Notes under the pieces: model-generated | Told to the model about the DNA's origin: nothing | What the model saw: the letters and a program-made list of their open reading frames with translations, nothing else | Databases searched by the model: none | From: Dehalococcoidia bacterium | GTDB lineage: Bacteria; Chloroflexota; Dehalococcoidia; Bin125 | Length of the DNA stretch: 64,000 nt | Direction: 5' to 3' | Assembly (NCBI GenBank): GCA_963662615.2 | Contig: CAXXSR010000001.1 | Location: 64,001 to 128,000 of the forward strand | Made by a program: the position numbers and the translations under genes | Shown: positions 51,858-61,601 of the stretch, one piece after another | Layout of the letters: the number at the start of each line of letters is the position of its first letter | Numbering within the stretch: position 1 is the stretch's first letter

Positions 51858-52724
51858 ATGACCACTGCCGAAGGCGTGACCCATCACGACGCGGAACTGT
51901 CTGCACTCCGCCTCCATTACGTCATTGCGGGCGCCGGCGACGATACCGTCGTCTTGCTGCATGGCTTTCCGCAGACCTGGTACGAATGGCGTCCACTTAT
52001 CCCGCTGCTGGCAGGGCGCTATCGCCTCGTCGCGCCGGATTTGCGGGGCCTCGGTGATTCCGGCCGGCCAGCGGACGGTTACGACAAGAAAACCGTGTCC
52101 TCCGATATCGCCGAGCTTATGCGCGATCATCTCGACTGCAGGAGGTTCTTCCTTGTCGGCCATGACTGGGGTGGAGCGGTTGCCTTCCAGCTGGCCATGC
52201 AACAGCCGGACGCGGTCCGGCGTTTGGCGATTCTCGACGTCATGATTCCGGGTGACGGTTCTGACCTCTTCGCCACTTCGAGAGGACGCTGGCACCATGG
52301 GTTTCATCGCACGCCTAACCTGCCGGAAACCTTGATCGAGGGCCGTGAGCGCGCCTATCTCAACTATTTCTTTCGCCACTTCGGCGCCCGCCCCGACGCG
52401 GTCCCGGCTGAGGCGGTGGACGAATACGTTCGCTGCTATTCGGCGCCCGGCGCGATGGCGGCCGGCCTCGCCTACTATCGCGCCACGCCGCAAGATATTG
52501 CCGACAACGAGGAGGCGATCGCTCGCGGCAAATTGCAGATGCCGGTTCTGGCGCTGGGCGGGGCCAAAGGCATGGGGCGAGGCAAGCTGTGCATTGAATC
52601 GATGGCCCGGGTTGCCGAGGACGTCCGCGGCGGGACCGTGGAGTCAGCCGGCCACTGGATTCCGGAGGAGGCGCCGGACGAGCTTGCTACGCAGTTGCTG
52701 GCATTTTTCGGCGAGGCGACATGA
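51858..52724 (+). CDS. Alpha/beta hydrolase (epoxide hydrolase/haloacetate dehalogenase-like)
   Basis: LLHGFP, PDLRGLG, GHDWG and GHWIPEE motifs. Confidence 0.92.
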   Translation: MTTAEGVTHHDAELSALRLHYVIAGAGDDTVVLLHGFPQTWYEWRPLIPLLAGRYRLVAPDLRGLGDSGRPADGYDKKTVSSDIAELMRDHLDCRRFFLVGHDWGGAVAFQLAMQQPDAVRRLAILDVMIPGDGSDLFATSRGRWHHGFHRTPNLPETLIEGRERAYLNYFFRHFGARPDAVPAEAVDEYVRCYSAPGAMAAGLAYYRATPQDIADNEEAIARGKLQMPVLALGGAKGMGRGKLCIESMARVAEDVRGGTVESAGHWIPEEAPDELATQLLAFFGEAT

Positions 52725-52782
52725 GGCTAGTCGGCCAGTAGATCCGCGAGCGGCGGCCTGTCCGAGCACGAAGGAGTGAACG

Positions 52783-53886
52783 ATGGTTGATTCGATCCGC
52801 GTCGGCATCGTTGGCGCGACTGTGACCCCCGGCGGTAGCGGCTGGGGCGCGAAGGCCCATGTTCCCGCTCTGCAGGCGCTGCCCGGCTACCAACTCCGCG
52901 CTGTCTGCACCGCGCACGCGGAGACCGCGGCCTCGTCGGCGGCCCGATTCGGCGCCGAGTTGGCGTTCCACGCCATGGACGACATGGTTGCGCGCCCGGA
53001 CATCGACCTCGTCGTCGTCTGCGTGCGCGTGCCGTGGCACTACGACTTGGTGATGGCGGGCCTGCGGGCGGGGAAGCCCGTCTTTTGCGAGTGGCCCCTC
53101 GGCGCGACGCTCGAGGAGGCGGAGGAGATGGCGAAGCTGGCGCGCGATCGCGGCTTGCGCACCGCCGTCGGGCTGCAGGCCCGCAGCGACCCGAGCGTCC
53201 GCTACGCGCGCGACCTCATCGCCCAGGGCTACGTCGGCGAGGTGCTGACCGCCAACCTCCGCGTGATGTCGCAAGCGGTGCTGGAACGCGGCCCGGGTCG
53301 TATCTGGCAGGCGGTGCGCGCGAACGGCGCCAATCCGCTCACGATCGCCGGCGGCCACGCGATCGACGCGCTCTGCTACATCCTCGGCGAGGTGGTGGAG
53401 CTGTCGGCGCGCGTGACGACACGGATCACGGAGTGGCGCGACGAGGAGACCGGCGCCGGCGTCCCGGTCGACGCCCCCGACAGCATCATCGTTGCGGCGC
53501 GTATCGAGAGCGGGGCCGAGATCGCGATCCAGGTGGCCCACGTGCCCGCCCAGCCCACCGGCACCCGCCTCGAGATCTACGGCGACGCGGGGGCGCTCTT
53601 CCTGACGGCGCCTTCGGTGTCCACCGGTCCCAGCCTGCTACATGGCGCCCGAGGCAGCGACGCACCGGCGGAGCTGGCACCGCCGACCGAGTATCTGGTG
53701 GCTCCGGAGGGCACGCCGCCGGGCCCGCCCCGCAACGTCGCGCACGCCTATGCACGGATGGCGGACGCCCTCGAAGCCGGCAAGCAGTTCGATCCCGACT
53801 TCGACCTGGCGGTGAGGCGGCATCGCCTGCTGGCAGCGATCGAGCGTTCCTCAGAGACCGGAATCAGGGAAACGGTCTCCGGCTAG
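52783..53886 (+). CDS. Gfo/Idh/MocA oxidoreductase
   Basis: GIVGA..GW...AH, CEWPLG and GGHAID motifs. Confidence 0.9.
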   Translation: MVDSIRVGIVGATVTPGGSGWGAKAHVPALQALPGYQLRAVCTAHAETAASSAARFGAELAFHAMDDMVARPDIDLVVVCVRVPWHYDLVMAGLRAGKPVFCEWPLGATLEEAEEMAKLARDRGLRTAVGLQARSDPSVRYARDLIAQGYVGEVLTANLRVMSQAVLERGPGRIWQAVRANGANPLTIAGGHAIDALCYILGEVVELSARVTTRITEWRDEETGAGVPVDAPDSIIVAARIESGAEIAIQVAHVPAQPTGTRLEIYGDAGALFLTAPSVSTGPSLLHGARGSDAPAELAPPTEYLVAPEGTPPGPPRNVAHAYARMADALEAGKQFDPDFDLAVRRHRLLAAIERSSETGIRETVSG

Positions 53887-53892
53887 CTGGCA

Positions 53893-53953
53893 CACGACGC
53901 GGCCAAGGCCGTCGACGTGCAGGCGGCGTTCAGCCCGGCCGCCCGGCTCCTCG
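53893..53953 (+). pseudogene. Tyrosine recombinase extreme C-terminal remnant
   Basis: GACGCGGCCAAGGCC...CAGGCGGCGTTCAGCCCGGCCGCCCGGCTCCTC = DAAKA..QAAFSPAARLL. Confidence 0.7.
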
Positions 53954-54130
53954 CCCGCGCCGGTTAATCTCCTGCTTCCCAGGCATGGAATCTGCCGCCC
54001 CCCGGATGTAGGCGTGCCCTCCCGTGCAGCCGTGAGGCGCGATTGGGTTCTCGTGCCCTCTACGTCTGATCAGCCGATGCTCGCGGTCGGGTTTGGCGAG
54101 CGTGCGCCGGCCGGTTCCCCGCGGACGCGG

Positions 54131-54799
54131 TCAGGCTTTCTCGCGGACGGCGTGGCCGCTGGGGCAGGCGATGCCCGTGCCGCCAAGTCCGCAGTAGCCG
54201 TCCGGATTCTTGGCCAGGTACTGCTGGTGATACGCCTCCGCGTAATAGAACGTCGATGCCGGCAGGATCTCCGTCGTGATGACTCCGTGCCCGGCGTCGC
54301 GCAGCGCCGCTTGGTAGGCATCGCGGGACGCCTCGGCAGCCCGGCGCTGCGCCTCCGACCCGTAGTAGATCCCCGAGCGGTACGGCGTCCCCACGTCGTT
54401 GCCCTGTCGCATCCCCTGGGTTGGGTCGTGGCTCTCCCAGAAGGTCTTCAGCAGCAGCTCGTACGTGGTCAGCGTCGGGTTGAACACGACGAGGACGGTC
54501 TCGTTGTGGCCGGTGCGACCGGAGCAGACTTCCTCATAGGTGGGATTTGGCGTGAGCCCTGCGGCGTACCCGACTGCAGTCGTGAAGACGCCGGTCGCCT
54601 CCCAGAAGCACTGCTCAGCACCCCAAAAACAGCCGAGGCCGAAGATGGCCGTCTCCACGCCTGCCGGGAACGGCGGCTCCAAGGGGGCGCCGTTAACGAA
54701 ATGTTCTCGGGGGACGGGCGTCCGCTGCTCACGGCCGGGCAACGCCTCCGCCTTCGTGGGGATCTCGGTCCTCGGTCGGCCGAACAAGGCCATGGGCAT
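54131..54799 (-). CDS. msrA: Peptide methionine sulfoxide reductase A
   Basis: [16 protein letters not shown] and AEAYHQQYL motifs. Confidence 0.95.
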   Translation of the reverse strand: MPMALFGRPRTEIPTKAEALPGREQRTPVPREHFVNGAPLEPPFPAGVETAIFGLGCFWGAEQCFWEATGVFTTAVGYAAGLTPNPTYEEVCSGRTGHNETVLVVFNPTLTTYELLLKTFWESHDPTQGMRQGNDVGTPYRSGIYYGSEAQRRAAEASRDAYQAALRDAGHGVITTEILPASTFYYAEAYHQQYLAKNPDGYCGLGGTGIACPSGHAVREKA

Positions 54800-55524
54800 C
54801 CTCGCTTCCCTCGGGCTCATCCGCCCGCGCCGACAGTGTACCGCGCCCGCCGCACGGCATGGCCGCTGCAGACCCAGCAGCGGCTTCCCAAGCGGGCGCC
54901 CAAACCATGAACGCCGGCGCGTCGTCGCTCCCGCGCGCTGGCTACCGGGCGGGCGCGCCTGAGTCGCGGCGGGCTTCTCTGGTCATGGGTTTCAAGTTCT
55001 GACCGGTCGTCGGGGATATCCTGGCCGACCTCACGGACGAGCGCGCTCCTTGGCATGACCTCCGCATGTTCCGCATCGATCGGCTCCGTGCTTCGATGCC
55101 TCATGAGAGCTGCGTTGTTGAACTCGTCAGCAACGGCGTCGTATTCATGTGCGAAGGAGCGTGCTTGATCAGGCGTCATTGCCATCCAGGCAAGAAACCT
55201 GCTGGCAGTGAGAGAGACAAGCCGCGGGTCATCGAGATCGTTTTCGGCCGCGATCATCCTTTTTAATGCGGCGCTACGCTCAAGCTGGTCAAGTCGCAGC
55301 AGCTGCGAGAACGTTGCGCGCATTGCAGCCTGGCGGGCAACCTCACCAATATCAGCGAGTGCTGCCCAGCCGCGGTCTGGTAGGGATGACGAAGAGACCA
55401 CAGAAGCCCCGCATCCGAGACTGCGATGTTGATCAGCGCGCAACCAAGCCGCAGTCGAAGAGCAGCCGAAATATACACCAACAGGCTGGATGCACAGGGT
55501 TGGTATTTTCCCTGCGGCTCTCGG

Positions 55525-57000
55525 TTAGGAGCTCGCCGCCGCTTCCCCCGCGATTCGGCCAAAGACGGCGCCGGACGTGAGGCCGGAGCCGCCGGCGTAG
55601 TTTTGATAGAAGAGCCCGCCCACCAGTTCGCCCGCGGCGTAGAGGCCGGGGATGGGGCGCTCCTCCGTGTCCAGGACCTGCGCGGTATGCTCGTCGATCT
55701 TGAGGCCGCCGAAGGTGAAGGTGATGCCGCAGGTGACGGCGAAGCCGACGTAGGGCGGCTTGTCGAGCGGGAGCGCCCAGTTCGACTTCGGCGGCGCGAT
55801 GCCCTCCGTGTGGACGCCGTCAAGAATTGAAGGATTGAACGGTCCCGGTCGGCAGGCCGCGTTGAAGTCGCTGATCGTGTGCGTGAGGCCCTCCACGTCG
55901 ACGCCCAACTGGGCGGCCAGCTGCGGGATCGTCGCGGCCTCCACTTTCGTCACCTGGCGGATGCGATATTCGTCGCGCAGGAGCGGCACGGTCTTTTGGT
56001 CGAAGAGCTGAAACGCCACCCGATGCGGCTGCTCCATGATGGCCCGCCCGTAGGGGACGTAGGTGTAGTTGCGGTAATCGGCGCCCTCGTCCAGGAAGCG
56101 CTCGCCCTCCAGGTTCACGATCAGGCCGTAGGGATAGGAGTGCTTTTGGTAGAGGTCGGCGATGGTGCGATTGCCGGTGGGAGGCGCGTTGAGGTCCCAG
56201 GCGACCGCGTGCGCCCCCGACCAATGCCCGTACGGCTGCGCACCGGCATCGACCGCGGCGCGAATGGCGTCGCCGGTGTTGAAGCGGCTGCCTCGCACTT
56301 TGGCCAGGTCCCAGCCGGGGCCCAAGTAGCGAGCACGCATCTCGGCGTTGGCTTCGAAGCCGCCCGCGGCGACGATCACGGCATCGGCCGGCAGCGGCTT
56401 GTCGGCGTCGCCGTTGCGGACCATGACGCCAATGACGCGGCGTCCGTCTCGCAGCAGGTCGGTCATCTTGCTCTCGTAGCGGATGTCGAGCCCGGCGGCC
56501 TCCGTCGCTTCGAAGAGAGCGTCGGCGAGCCCTTTGCCGGCACCCACCGCCTCCACGATGAGGGCGCCGTAGAAGACCAGCTTGCCATCTACGCTGTGCG
56601 CTTGACGCCCGGACATGAGCGCCCAGCGCACGCCCTGCTCGCGCAGCCAGGCCATCGTGGGGAACGCCTCCCGGACCAGGGTGGTGGCGAGGCCCTCGTC
56701 GATCAGGCCGTCGCTGACGCGGGCCAGGTCGTCGTGCATCGCCGCGGAGGAATACGCGCCCACATCAATGCCGGCCACCTCGGCGTCGCTGAGGTCCGGG
56801 ATCAGCGCGCGGATCGTTTCAATGTCGTCATAGGGGAAACGGAAGCCGCCGCCGGTGAAGAACGTGTTGCCGCCACGCTCGTCGCGCGGCGCCTTCTCCA
56901 ACACAGTGACGTGGGCGCCCCGTTCGCGTGCGGCGAGAGCGGCGCAGAGTGCTGCGTTGCCCGCCCCCACTACCACGACATGCCGCTGCTCGTCGCCCAC
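55525..57000 (-). CDS. tcuA: FAD-dependent tricarballylate dehydrogenase TcuA-like
   Basis: GAGNAA, GGFEAN.EMRARYLGPGWD, KSNWA and GITFTFGG motifs. Confidence 0.85.
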   Translation of the reverse strand: MGDEQRHVVVVGAGNAALCAALAARERGAHVTVLEKAPRDERGGNTFFTGGGFRFPYDDIETIRALIPDLSDAEVAGIDVGAYSSAAMHDDLARVSDGLIDEGLATTLVREAFPTMAWLREQGVRWALMSGRQAHSVDGKLVFYGALIVEAVGAGKGLADALFEATEAAGLDIRYESKMTDLLRDGRRVIGVMVRNGDADKPLPADAVIVAAGGFEANAEMRARYLGPGWDLAKVRGSRFNTGDAIRAAVDAGAQPYGHWSGAHAVAWDLNAPPTGNRTIADLYQKHSYPYGLIVNLEGERFLDEGADYRNYTYVPYGRAIMEQPHRVAFQLFDQKTVPLLRDEYRIRQVTKVEAATIPQLAAQLGVDVEGLTHTISDFNAACRPGPFNPSILDGVHTEGIAPPKSNWALPLDKPPYVGFAVTCGITFTFGGLKIDEHTAQVLDTEERPIPGLYAAGELVGGLFYQNYAGGSGLTSGAVFGRIAGEAAASS

Positions 57001-57021
57001 GATGTTTGCCTGCGCGGGGGG

Positions 57022-57414
57022 CTATTGGAGGGCGAACGCTGGGTCCTTCGCTCGCGGCAGATGGTACCAGGCGTCATCGCACACGGCCAAGTCTTCCGCC
57101 GTCAGCGTGACCTCGACAGCCTTGAGTGAATCCTCGATCTGTTCGCGACTGCTCGCGCCGACGATCGCGGAGGTGATGCCGTCCTGGGCGAGCACCCAAG
57201 CGATGGCCGCCTGCGCGAGCGATACCCCACCGTGGTCGAAGTGCGACTTGAGTCGCTGCATCTGCTGAAACTGGGCCTCGTGCCAGTAGCGCCCCTGGTA
57301 GCGCGACGCCACCGTGCCCAGCGTAAAGCGGGTGCCTTGGCCGAGGTCATCCAGCGATTCGTACTTCCCGGTGAGAAAGCCGCCCGCCAGCGGGTTGAAG
57401 GCGATGACGCCCAC
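57022..57414 (-). pseudogene. Aldo/keto reductase 3' fragment
   Basis: GVIAFNPLAGGFLTGKY..AIAWVL..SAIVGAS; N-terminal two thirds absent. Confidence 0.85.
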
Positions 57415-57650
57415 GGTGCCGCTCGAGGGCGAGCCGTGTGATCTCGCGACCGATCGGACGGGCCGCTACCTGCTCTCCGCCTATTACCAGGCTGGGCGTT
57501 GCGCCGTGCATGCGCTTGGCGAGGACAGGGCACTCATGGACCCCCCCCGTCGAGTCGTTCGAGACCGGGTCCGGTGCCCATTGCTTCCAGACCGATCCAT
57601 CGAACCGCTATGCCTTCCTCCCGCACATCGCGAACGGCTCTGGCGGCCTG
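57415..57650 (+). pseudogene. 6-phosphogluconolactonase-like internal fragment
   Basis: TDRTGRYLLSAYY / AHCFQTDPSNRYAFLPHI; frameshift in the C-run at 57541. Confidence 0.75.
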
Positions 57651-57705
57651 GCGCGGCTCGCCTCTTCCCAATCTGGGAGTCATGGTCGGATGGGGTTTTG
57701 GACCC

Positions 57706-57781
57706 TGTGGGGCACGAATATCAGATCGTTCCGGTTCTCCATCGGGTAGACAGGCAGCGATCCAAGTTATGTGGTCCCACA
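57706..57781 (-). mobile_element. 76-bp MITE-like element (copy 1)
   Basis: TGT...ACA ends with imperfect TIRs; inverted copy at 61258-61333. Confidence 0.75.
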
Positions 57782-57985
57782 CCCGGGCCATATGCCCAAT
57801 CGAGCGTCGAGTCTCCTGAGATGCCGCGTGGAGAGAGAATGGCGCCAAGACTCCCGTCATCGTGTCCCCGCTCGCACTGCCCCCCGGGCGCAGGCGATCG
57901 GGCCCGGGTCGGCGGGAGAGCCTAGAATGACGGACAGCCGGGTCAGACTGATGTCCTTGGAGTCCATGCGGTCAGCGAGGAGGCA

Positions 57986-58114
57986 ATGATGGCGACGAAG
58001 GACAAGGGCGGCAAGAACACGAAGGAGGCCGCGTCGCGGACCCTGAAGGAGAAGCGGCAGGCCAAGCGGGACAAGAAGATTGCGAAGGTCAGGGGAACCA
58101 TGGGGGTGAACTAG
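57986..58114 (+). CDS. Small basic protein (42 aa)
   Basis: GAGGAGG RBS; MMATKDKGGKNTKEAASRTLKEKRQAKRDKKIAKVRGTMGVN. Confidence 0.7.
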   Translation: MMATKDKGGKNTKEAASRTLKEKRQAKRDKKIAKVRGTMGVN

Positions 58115-58459
58115 CAAATCGAATCGGTTGTCAGGCGAGGAGGATTGCGATAGCCGAGGTGACTGACCAAGTCGCGCCGAGATTATGCGCGGGCGGAGCC
58201 TAGCAGCTCGCACTCGCCTCTGGGCGGAGGAATCAACCGTGCCTGAGTGAAGGGAGGCCCGCAGGGGCATCCGCGGGTGCGGTGATCCGAGGCGCATGAT
58301 CGCTGTCTCTGCTTGCTCCACTGCCACCCCTGGGCTGCAGGCGACGTTGCGGTCGCCGTTCCGTGTTGGAGCCGCGTCAGAAATCTCGTCGCGTTGCGGG
58401 ACCGGTGCCGTGGCGAAGGGCTGTTCGGCCAGATGGCGCGGCTTGTGAAGTGCGGGGCG

Positions 58460-58729
58460 CTCCTGTCCTACGACGCGTACTACATGCTCTTCCAGGCCAT
58501 GAAGGACGCCGGCACGGTGACCGACACCGACGCGATCGTCGCCGCGCTGGAGAATGTCGTCCTCCACGGCGTGGTCGCCGATGACTACCAATTCGACGAT
58601 CGGCACATCGTCACGCACGGCACGGTAGTGTGCGCGGCGGATCCGTACGACGGTGAGGGCGCGGTTCAGTTCTCTTGTCAGTTCACGCCGCCGCCGGACT
58701 CGCCGCCGCCGGGGACTCCAGGGTTTTGA
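58460..58729 (+). pseudogene. 3' fragment of a LivK-like binding protein
   Basis: AMKDAGTVTDTDAIVAALE matches AWKDAGTVTDTDAIVRALE of 10633-12177. Confidence 0.82.
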
Positions 58730-58771
58730 GTAGGAGGTAACGAAGCAGCAGAGACGGACTTCGGTCCGCGT

Positions 58772-58812
58772 GCCCGGCGTCCTTCCGTTCGGAGGGGCGC
58801 CGGGCTCTTTAT
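58772..58812 (+). terminator. Intrinsic terminator
   Basis: GCCCGGCGTCCTTCC-GTTC-GGAGGGGCGCCGGGC followed by TCTTTATT. Confidence 0.7.
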
Positions 58813-58894
58813 TGCCCGCCACCCCGGCCCCCCGGTGACGAAGGCGACGTTGGGTCTGCCAACCCGTGAGCGCTGAGTCCGCCGGCACGAGCAC

Positions 58895-59190
58895 GATGGA
58901 CCTCCTCTCGGCCCGCTCCGGGTTATCGACGCCAGCAGGGGCCCGCGGGCGGATTCCGTAGCAAGCTGCTCGCCCAATATGGCGCGACGGTGGTGAAGGT
59001 CGAGCCCCCGTCCGGCGATCCGCTGCGCTCGACGGGCCCGTTCCTCGATGATGAGCCCGGCCCCGATCGATCTCTCCTGTTGAACCGTCTGCACAGCGGC
59101 AAGGAGTCGGTGGCGCGCCCAACAGTAGGCGTGATGCAGGCCGCCAAGGACGGGCTCGGCGACAATCTGTCGCGGGCCGATGGGTCGGAG
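58895..59190 (+). pseudogene. CoA-transferase III N-terminal fragment joined to an inverted rve-transposase 3' scrap
   Basis: GPLRVIDAS / VVKVEPPSGDPLR..GPF..L..GKESV; minus strand IVAEPVLGGLHHAY. Confidence 0.7.
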
Positions 59191-59401
59191 CTGCCGACGC
59201 GGGCCAGCGGGGGGCGGGTGGACCTGATGGACGTGGAGGAAGCTGTCAGCGATCGCGCGGTCGGTCGTCTGGGGGCTTGAGCGCGATGTCGGACTCAGTG
59301 CCGAAGAGATCTGTCCGGCGTAGAATCGGACTTTGCGACCCTTGTTCATCAAGCGATTGGCCGCGTATCGTTCTGGCAGTCGCCGACCGGGAGGAGTCCT
59401 C

Positions 59402-61039
59402 GTGCGAGGCATCCGGCGTGGTGTGACGTTCGCAGTACTGCTGGGCGCTCTCTGCTTGATCGCGGCCGCGTGTTCCGGGGGTGGGGATGCCGAGACCGAG
59501 GAGCAAATCGTCGCGGCGGATGAGGCGGGAGACGTTGCGGAGGAGCCCACGGATGCGCCAACCGACGAAGAACGTCCGGCGAGCTGCGAGGAAGGCCCGG
59601 CGCCGGCCGACGTGACTGGGCCTGCACCCGAGTTGTCGCGCGCGGCCAACGACTGGCCCAGCGCGAACCGTGATCTGCCGGGGACCCGCGCAACGTTCGA
59701 CTCGCCGATCGACTCGACCACGGTTGGCGACCTCGAGATCGCGTGGGAGTACCCGTTGACCGGGACAGCCGGATTCTTCGGGTACGCCGCGACGAATCCC
59801 CTGATCCTCGGCGGCCGTGTGTACCTGCAGGACCTCGCCAGCGGGCTGCATGTGCTGGATCTGCAGTCCGGGGAGGTCTGCTGGCGGCTGGTGCTGGACG
59901 CGCCCGTGTTGGGACCGAACGGCCTCGCCGTCGGCTGGGGCCGAGTCTTCGCGCCGACGCGCGGCCGATCGATCAGCGCCTACGACGCCGACCGCGGCGA
60001 GCTTCTGTGGGAGACTGATCTAGTCGCTGACAAGGGCGGCGCCGTCGACATCCAGCCGGTGCTGGCTGGGGAGTTGGTTCTCGCTGCGACGTCGTCGCTG
60101 TCGCAGCCCGGGAGCCGGGGCGTTCTCTTCGCGCTGGATCCCGAAACAGACGACGTCGTCTGGTCGTTCGACACGATCGAGTCGCCTGACCTTTGGGGGA
60201 ATTCCCAGATCAACAGTGGCGGGGGCGCCTGGTATCCGCCGGCTGTGGATCTGGATGCCGGGTTGGTCTTCTGGGGGATCTCCAACGCCTACCCTTTCCC
60301 TGGGGTTCCTGGCTTCCCGAACGGCACCTCACGGCCGGGCGCCAATCGTTGGACGGCGTCGGTCGTGGCGCTCGATCTCGTTACCGGCGAGTTGCTCTGG
60401 GGCTTCCAGCACTTCCCCCACGACATCTTCGACCGGGATAGCGTCGTCACGACGATCGCACCCGTGGATGGGCCGGACGGGCCCAGCGGCGTCGTGGTCA
60501 ACACGGGCAAGGGCGCCCACGTGGCGGGCTTCGAGCCGACGACGGGGGAGCGGCTCTGGAACACCGTCGTCGGGCGACACCAGAACGACGAACTCACGGA
60601 GTTCCGAGGATCGCTGGAGGTCCTGCCGGGAACGGTCGGGGGGGTGGTGACGCCGGCGGCGTCCGCGGATGGCGTCGTCTATGTGGCGGTCGTGAACGCA
60701 CCGGCGACGTACGACTCGCCCGAGGACTCCGAAGGGAACACGGCGCTACGCAAGTTTCCCTCCCAGGTCGTCGCAATCGATGTCGCGGACGGACGGATTC
60801 TCTGGGACGTCGAGCTGCCGGGCGACTCCTTCGGCGGCGTGACCGTCGTGAACGACCTGGTGTTCGTCTCCCTGATCGACGGGCGGTTGTTCGCGCTGCA
60901 CCGCGCCAGCGGGGATCGGGTGTGGTCGATGCAGCTGCCGGCCGGGATTAACGCCTGGCCAGCCGTGGCGGGGGACATGATCGTGCTGCCGGCAGGACTG
61001 GGGGAGACGCCGACCCTCGTGGCGCTGCGCCTTCGCTAG
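59402..61039 (+). CDS. PQQ-binding-like beta-propeller lipoprotein
   Basis: IAAAC lipobox; DWPSANRD, GGGAWYPPAVD and repeated ALD..TG..LW. Confidence 0.88.
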   Translation: MRGIRRGVTFAVLLGALCLIAAACSGGGDAETEEQIVAADEAGDVAEEPTDAPTDEERPASCEEGPAPADVTGPAPELSRAANDWPSANRDLPGTRATFDSPIDSTTVGDLEIAWEYPLTGTAGFFGYAATNPLILGGRVYLQDLASGLHVLDLQSGEVCWRLVLDAPVLGPNGLAVGWGRVFAPTRGRSISAYDADRGELLWETDLVADKGGAVDIQPVLAGELVLAATSSLSQPGSRGVLFALDPETDDVVWSFDTIESPDLWGNSQINSGGGAWYPPAVDLDAGLVFWGISNAYPFPGVPGFPNGTSRPGANRWTASVVALDLVTGELLWGFQHFPHDIFDRDSVVTTIAPVDGPDGPSGVVVNTGKGAHVAGFEPTTGERLWNTVVGRHQNDELTEFRGSLEVLPGTVGGVVTPAASADGVVYVAVVNAPATYDSPEDSEGNTALRKFPSQVVAIDVADGRILWDVELPGDSFGGVTVVNDLVFVSLIDGRLFALHRASGDRVWSMQLPAGINAWPAVAGDMIVLPAGLGETPTLVALRLR

Positions 61040-61126
61040 GCGAGGGCGGAAGCGAGTGCTCATCTGCAGCATATGTCAGAATCTCAGCCGGTATAGCCTT
61101 GTCAACCAATGCGTGGGAGGGCCACA

Positions 61127-61257
61127 TGGCGTTCAGCATGAGTGAGACCGTCGAGATCAACCGCCCTGCGGCGGAGGTGTTCGCGTACCTAACCGACCTG
61201 AACAACGCCCCCAAGTGGCAGAAGACGGTCGTCGAAGCGAAGTACACGTCGGAAGGC
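61127..61257 (+). pseudogene. SRPBCC family gene truncated at the MITE
   Basis: MAFSMSETVEINRPAAEVFAYLTDLNNAPKWQ..YTSEG, then the MITE TGT. Confidence 0.8.
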
Positions 61258-61333
61258 TGTGGGACCACAAAACTCGGATCGCCGCCGGTCCACCAGATCG
61301 GAAACCGGAACGATCTGATATTCGTGCCCCCCA
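61258..61333 (+). mobile_element. 76-bp MITE-like element (copy 2)
   Basis: TGTGGGACCACAAAACTCGGATCG...CGATCTGATATTCGTGCCCCCCA. Confidence 0.75.
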
Positions 61334-61546
61334 ACCTCCCCCTGGGCCCGCTCCGGCTTATCGACGCCAGCAGGGACGCGCGAATTTTTTTTATCGGCGA
61401 GCCTCCCGGGCCGACTACCAGATGGGCGAGGGACGCGGAGTGTCTTTCAAGGGCAGAAATCGTCGCGGATTCGGCAGGATATTGCACGCTTTTGCACGGG
61501 GGAGGCGGACATCGGCGGACAGGGAGGGGACTGGAGGAGGACAGGC

Positions 61547-61601
61547 AGCGGACGGGCAGCGGACGGGTAGCGGACAGGCAGCGGACGGGTAGCGGACAGG
61601 G
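61547..61601. repeat. 11-bp tandem repeat x5 (AGCGGACRGGN)
   Basis: Direct reading. Confidence 0.85.

Noticed and set aside
54817-55443. ORF between msrA and tcuA as a defined gene
   Set aside because: The central part looks protein-like, but start, end and family cannot be supported
5050-57129. Long antisense or alternate-frame ORFs (e.g. 5050-6669, 13241-14659, 17468-18748, 49878-51485, 55879-57129)
   Set aside because: Shadow ORFs of real GC-rich genes; no motifs of their own
1122-59327. Classical integron attC sites
   Set aside because: The AAC...GTT ends are suggestive, but the units are shorter than attC sites, lack extrahelical bases, flank genes of mixed orientation, and no IntI is seen
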